Notes under the pieces: generated by a model
The model's input: only the letters and a program-made list of their open reading frames with translations
Databases searched by the model: none
What the model was told of the DNA's origin: nothing
Program-made: the position numbers and the translations under genes
Origin: Amoebophrya sp. A120
Taxonomy: Eukaryota; Protista; Dinoflagellata
Length of the DNA: 64,000 nt
Reading direction: 5' to 3'
Assembly (NCBI GenBank): GCA_905178155.1
Contig: CAJINV010000005.1
Location: forward strand, 9,093,346 to 9,157,345
Part shown: in pieces, positions 61,201 through 64,000 of the stretch
Position numbering within the stretch: the stretch's first letter is position 1
How the letters are laid out: every line of letters begins with the position of its first letter

Positions 61201-63313
61201 ACAAACCGACTTGTGTGATGCAAATCCAGCATCACAAATTTCATGTCCGATATGGGGAGGGGGGGCGTTTCTTCACGATATTCTGTATTCGATGTTCAAC
61301 ACGGTCTTTACCGGAGTTGGAGTTTTCGCCTTTGCCGTGTTCGACCACGAGGATTATGCAGCAGAAGCAGAACAGCATGACAGAAAGAATCGGAAATGCA
61401 GAAACAGCATGACAACTTCCACCCCTGCAACTTTCATCTCTTGGGACCAGAAACTCATATACAACTGCGATAAAACCTACAACAAATGTGTTCCAAGTTG
61501 CCACGCGAAAAACTACAAGCACACGCGGCGGGAAAGATATGCAAGAAAAAAGCTGTGTAAGTGTAAATCTGTGATGCAGAAAATGCAAAACAGTTACACT
61601 TGTCATGCGGGAAGTGCGTCATAGGCTACTATCGTACACGTTTCCACGTACTAGCTGCGCATGACAGGTTTTCCCTGTAAAATGCAAAACGAATCTGTGA
61701 TGCTGCTCTTCCTACAAAGTTACACTTACACAATTTTTTTCCTTGATAGAAGAACCGGTTATATCAATCCGAAACTCCTTTCCACCTGGCTTTTACTATC
61801 AATTGTAAAAATGTCTGGGTCTGGAAGAATCCAACTTGTCATGCTGATGTTGGATTATAAAAAAATCTGTATTGCATGAGCAGCAAAGGGAGTCCAAGTT
61901 TTGCTACACGGAAAGAGCATTTGTCATGCGGTATAGGCATCAGGAAGCCCTCACAAAATCTGTGATGCTAGGGCATGCATCACAGACATCAGGAGTCATG
62001 CAAAATGTGCATGACAAACCTGGCAATCTTCCAGACCCAGACATTTTTACATTTGATATTTCCTTGGTGTGTTCCATTCAGTAATAATCCACTTTTTGGT
62101 TTTCGAGATTGGTACCGTCGGGACGAGCAATTTCGTGTTACTGAACAACTGCGGCTTACTATCCCGTGTAAAAACGTCCCCACCCCAGAGTTTTCATGCA
62201 GATTTGCAATGACAAGAACATTTGTGATGCGCAGCCCCATGACAGGAATTTTTTATCGTGGTTTGAAATTTGTAATGCTCGAAACAGGATCATGATTAGC
62301 TGGATTTGTAGTGCGGCTGTCCTTGCTAAGAACCTGCACTACGCTACGAGCTGCAACTTGTCATGCGTGACTCCCAAAGCTTCTGGGTTTGTGTTGCAAA
62401 TAAATCCCCATGTTGGCTGCGGGGCTGGGACGTTTTTACTTGGGATACTTACTTGCGTTTGGTTTAATGATCCTCCTCGCGAACTTCACACTATCCAAGA
62501 AAAAAACACCATCACAATCACTTTTGCACAGTTTTGCAATACAAAAATTTTTGTCATGCGCAAAACTGCATCACAGTCAAGAGTTATAGGCGATTTTTAT
62601 CGCCTATAACTCTTGACTGTGATTTTGCAATACAAGAAAAATTTGTTATGCGAGACAAATTTCTGATGCGAAACTTCCCAAGTGTGATTGTGATGGTGTT
62701 TTTTTCTTGGATACACACTTCTCTTCTGCCACTACGGAAGCAAGGCGAACAACTGCAGATACTTGAACGGCTTTGTTCTATTCGGCTGCCTGTTCGGGTT
62801 TTTCCTCTACCTCCCGTTCTACGTTTCGCATCTAGAAACTGGGGGCGACGAGGTGAAGACGGTGGTTGGTATTGCAGACGTCTTTGCGGGACGGGCTATC
62901 CTATGTAAAAACGTCCCCACACCAGAGTCAAGTTGGGAATCTAGCAACACAAATCTCCAAGTTTTGGGAGCTGTGCATGACAAGCTTTCCTCTGCAGTGT
63001 GGGGCTTGTTGGCAAGGGTAGCCGCATGAGAAAGCCACTTTCTGATCTTGTTTACAGCGTTACAAATAATTCCAGAACGCGACTGGTAATGCCTCCCATG
63101 GAGGTGCGCATTACAAATGTTTCTGCAATTGCAAATCTGCATGACAACTATGGGATGGAGACGTTTTTACACAGGATACGGGTTTCTTCTTGGTACGAAC
63201 TGGTCTACGACCCATACGGAATTCTGCCGATGGCGGGGTCGACAGTAGTTGGAATTTTCTTACCGTTTATCTTGGTGTCGGGGCACAGGATGATGCGGGT
63301 TCCAGATCTGTAA
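55285..63313 (+). CDS. P4-type ATPase (phospholipid flippase), multi-exon
   Basis: NKIKTAKH, SLDGETNFK, DKTGTLTKN, FNSDRRRMS, CKGAD, GLRTL, WVCTGDKPETA, RVSPKQK, LAIGDGANDAGMI and RLIFVHGR. Nine introners. Confidence 0.95.
57356..57620. mobile_element. Introner family C
   Basis: TSD ccgga/ccgga; ends ATG. Confidence 0.88.
57998..58213. mobile_element. Introner family C
   Basis: TSD tgttc/tgctc. Confidence 0.85.
60641..60907. mobile_element. Introner family C
   Basis: TSD ttcgt/ttcgt. Confidence 0.9.
60971..61280. mobile_element. Introner family A
   Basis: TSD ttctg/ttctg. Confidence 0.88.
61538..61748. mobile_element. Introner, TAT..AGAAAAAA group
   Basis: TIR includes tgtgtaagtgtaa / ttacacttacaca; TSD aaaga/gaaga. 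Confidence 0.82.
61797..62058. mobile_element. Introner family C
   Basis: TSD tttac/tttcc. Confidence 0.88.
62160..62447. mobile_element. Introner family B
   Basis: TSD cttac/cttac. Confidence 0.9.
62492..62713. mobile_element. Introner with perfect 30-bp TIR and central 25-bp perfect hairpin
   Basis: TSD cacac/cacac; TIR tatccaagaaaaaaacaccatcacaatcac. Confidence 0.92.
62897..63178. mobile_element. Introner family B
   Basis: TSD cgggc/cgggt. Confidence 0.88.
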
Positions 63314-64000
63314 AGATCAGATTGTGAAATAGAAGCCGGCTTTTATTGCTTTACAGGTCGTGATGAAAAAAATTCTGTACTTTTTCAGTAGTCAAATGTA
63401 TCAAATTTTGTTTTTTATTTGTGAGTTTCTCACTCACGACGGGCTTCCGTGCAAGCCAGAATCAAATGTACGTCTTCTACAGCTGCCGCCATACAACGGG
63501 CAGTCTAGAAAGATCCACAAAATAAATGCACGGCTGTGGTCTCCTGGAATATGACTTGTCGAAGCCACCTTCTCCTCAATGTATGTATGTCAAATATTTT
63601 GACACCAATATTATTCATTGTAGGCACAACTACTGCATCAATCATCGCTCCTTGCTCTCATGCGACACTAATGAATACTTTGAACAGCAACAATGAACAA
63701 GAGTCCGCGCATAACGCTGCGAAGACGTTTTTCAAACAACTCTACTTACAATAACGAAAGCAAAGTACAACAACTTTCAACGGCGACAACGTCTGTGGTG
63801 CTATTCTTGCTTGCAACGTCAGACGTTGTAAGTACTAGAGCAGGCGTTTATTTTCTTTTGCGGGCCTCGATGCTGCCTGGCAAATCTGTGTAACATCAAA
63901 TGCTACGAGCGAAGTTCTCCACTTTTTTGAGTGACGTGTGCAGTACTGTCGGTTGTTTTTTTCAAGCGATTTACACTCCAACCGAATCCGATAAACAACT

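Noticed and set aside
3225-62295. Recurrent short ORF peptides such as MSGSGR, KCKNVWVW, LPDPDIF, CKNVPTP and KNPPSPY that look like a protein family
   Set aside because: They are translations of introner TIRs in different frames, not genes.
3379-63178. CRISPR-like or prokaryotic REP interpretation of the ~30-bp repeats
   Set aside because: The repeats are inverted pairs bounding elements inside eukaryotic genes, not direct repeats with spacers; no cas genes.
1-64000. rRNA, tRNA or dinoflagellate spliced-leader sequences
   Set aside because: None recognised by eye; tRNAscan-SE/Infernal and an SL motif search would be needed to exclude them.

Overview
Eukaryotic (alveolate-like) genomic DNA with 13 protein-coding genes, all on the + strand: THUMP-domain protein, EFHC/Rib72, TPK-like K+ channel, NSA2, twin-CX9C protein, p23, YihQ-like GH31 glycosidase, a coiled-coil protein, two tandem Cys-rich paralogs, a GPH/MFS transporter, an SDR-like protein and a P4-ATPase. 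The dominant feature is a non-canonical intron system. By hand I found 52 elements, mostly ~130-320 bp, from at least 5 multi-copy families plus singletons. Each begins TAT (rarely TAC), ends ATA (rarely ATG/ACA/AGA), has terminal inverted repeats (TIRs, mostly ~25-30 bp), is flanked by a 5-bp direct repeat (TSD; 32 perfect, 20 with 1-2 mismatches), and sits inside coding sequence. Removing the element plus one 5-bp copy restores conserved reading frames (shown on NSA2, EFHC, p23, GH31 and the P4-ATPase); for the three NSA2 cases examined register by register this cannot be done with GT-AG ends. The elements occur in both orientations, tolerate nested insertions up to ~1.6 kb, and share a dense TGTNATGC/GCATNACA motif that is also present in the ordinary GT-AG introns. 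The architecture matches, from recall, the invasive introner elements described in the parasitic dinoflagellate Amoebophrya; that taxonomic assignment is inference. All coordinates were read manually and no transcript evidence was available.
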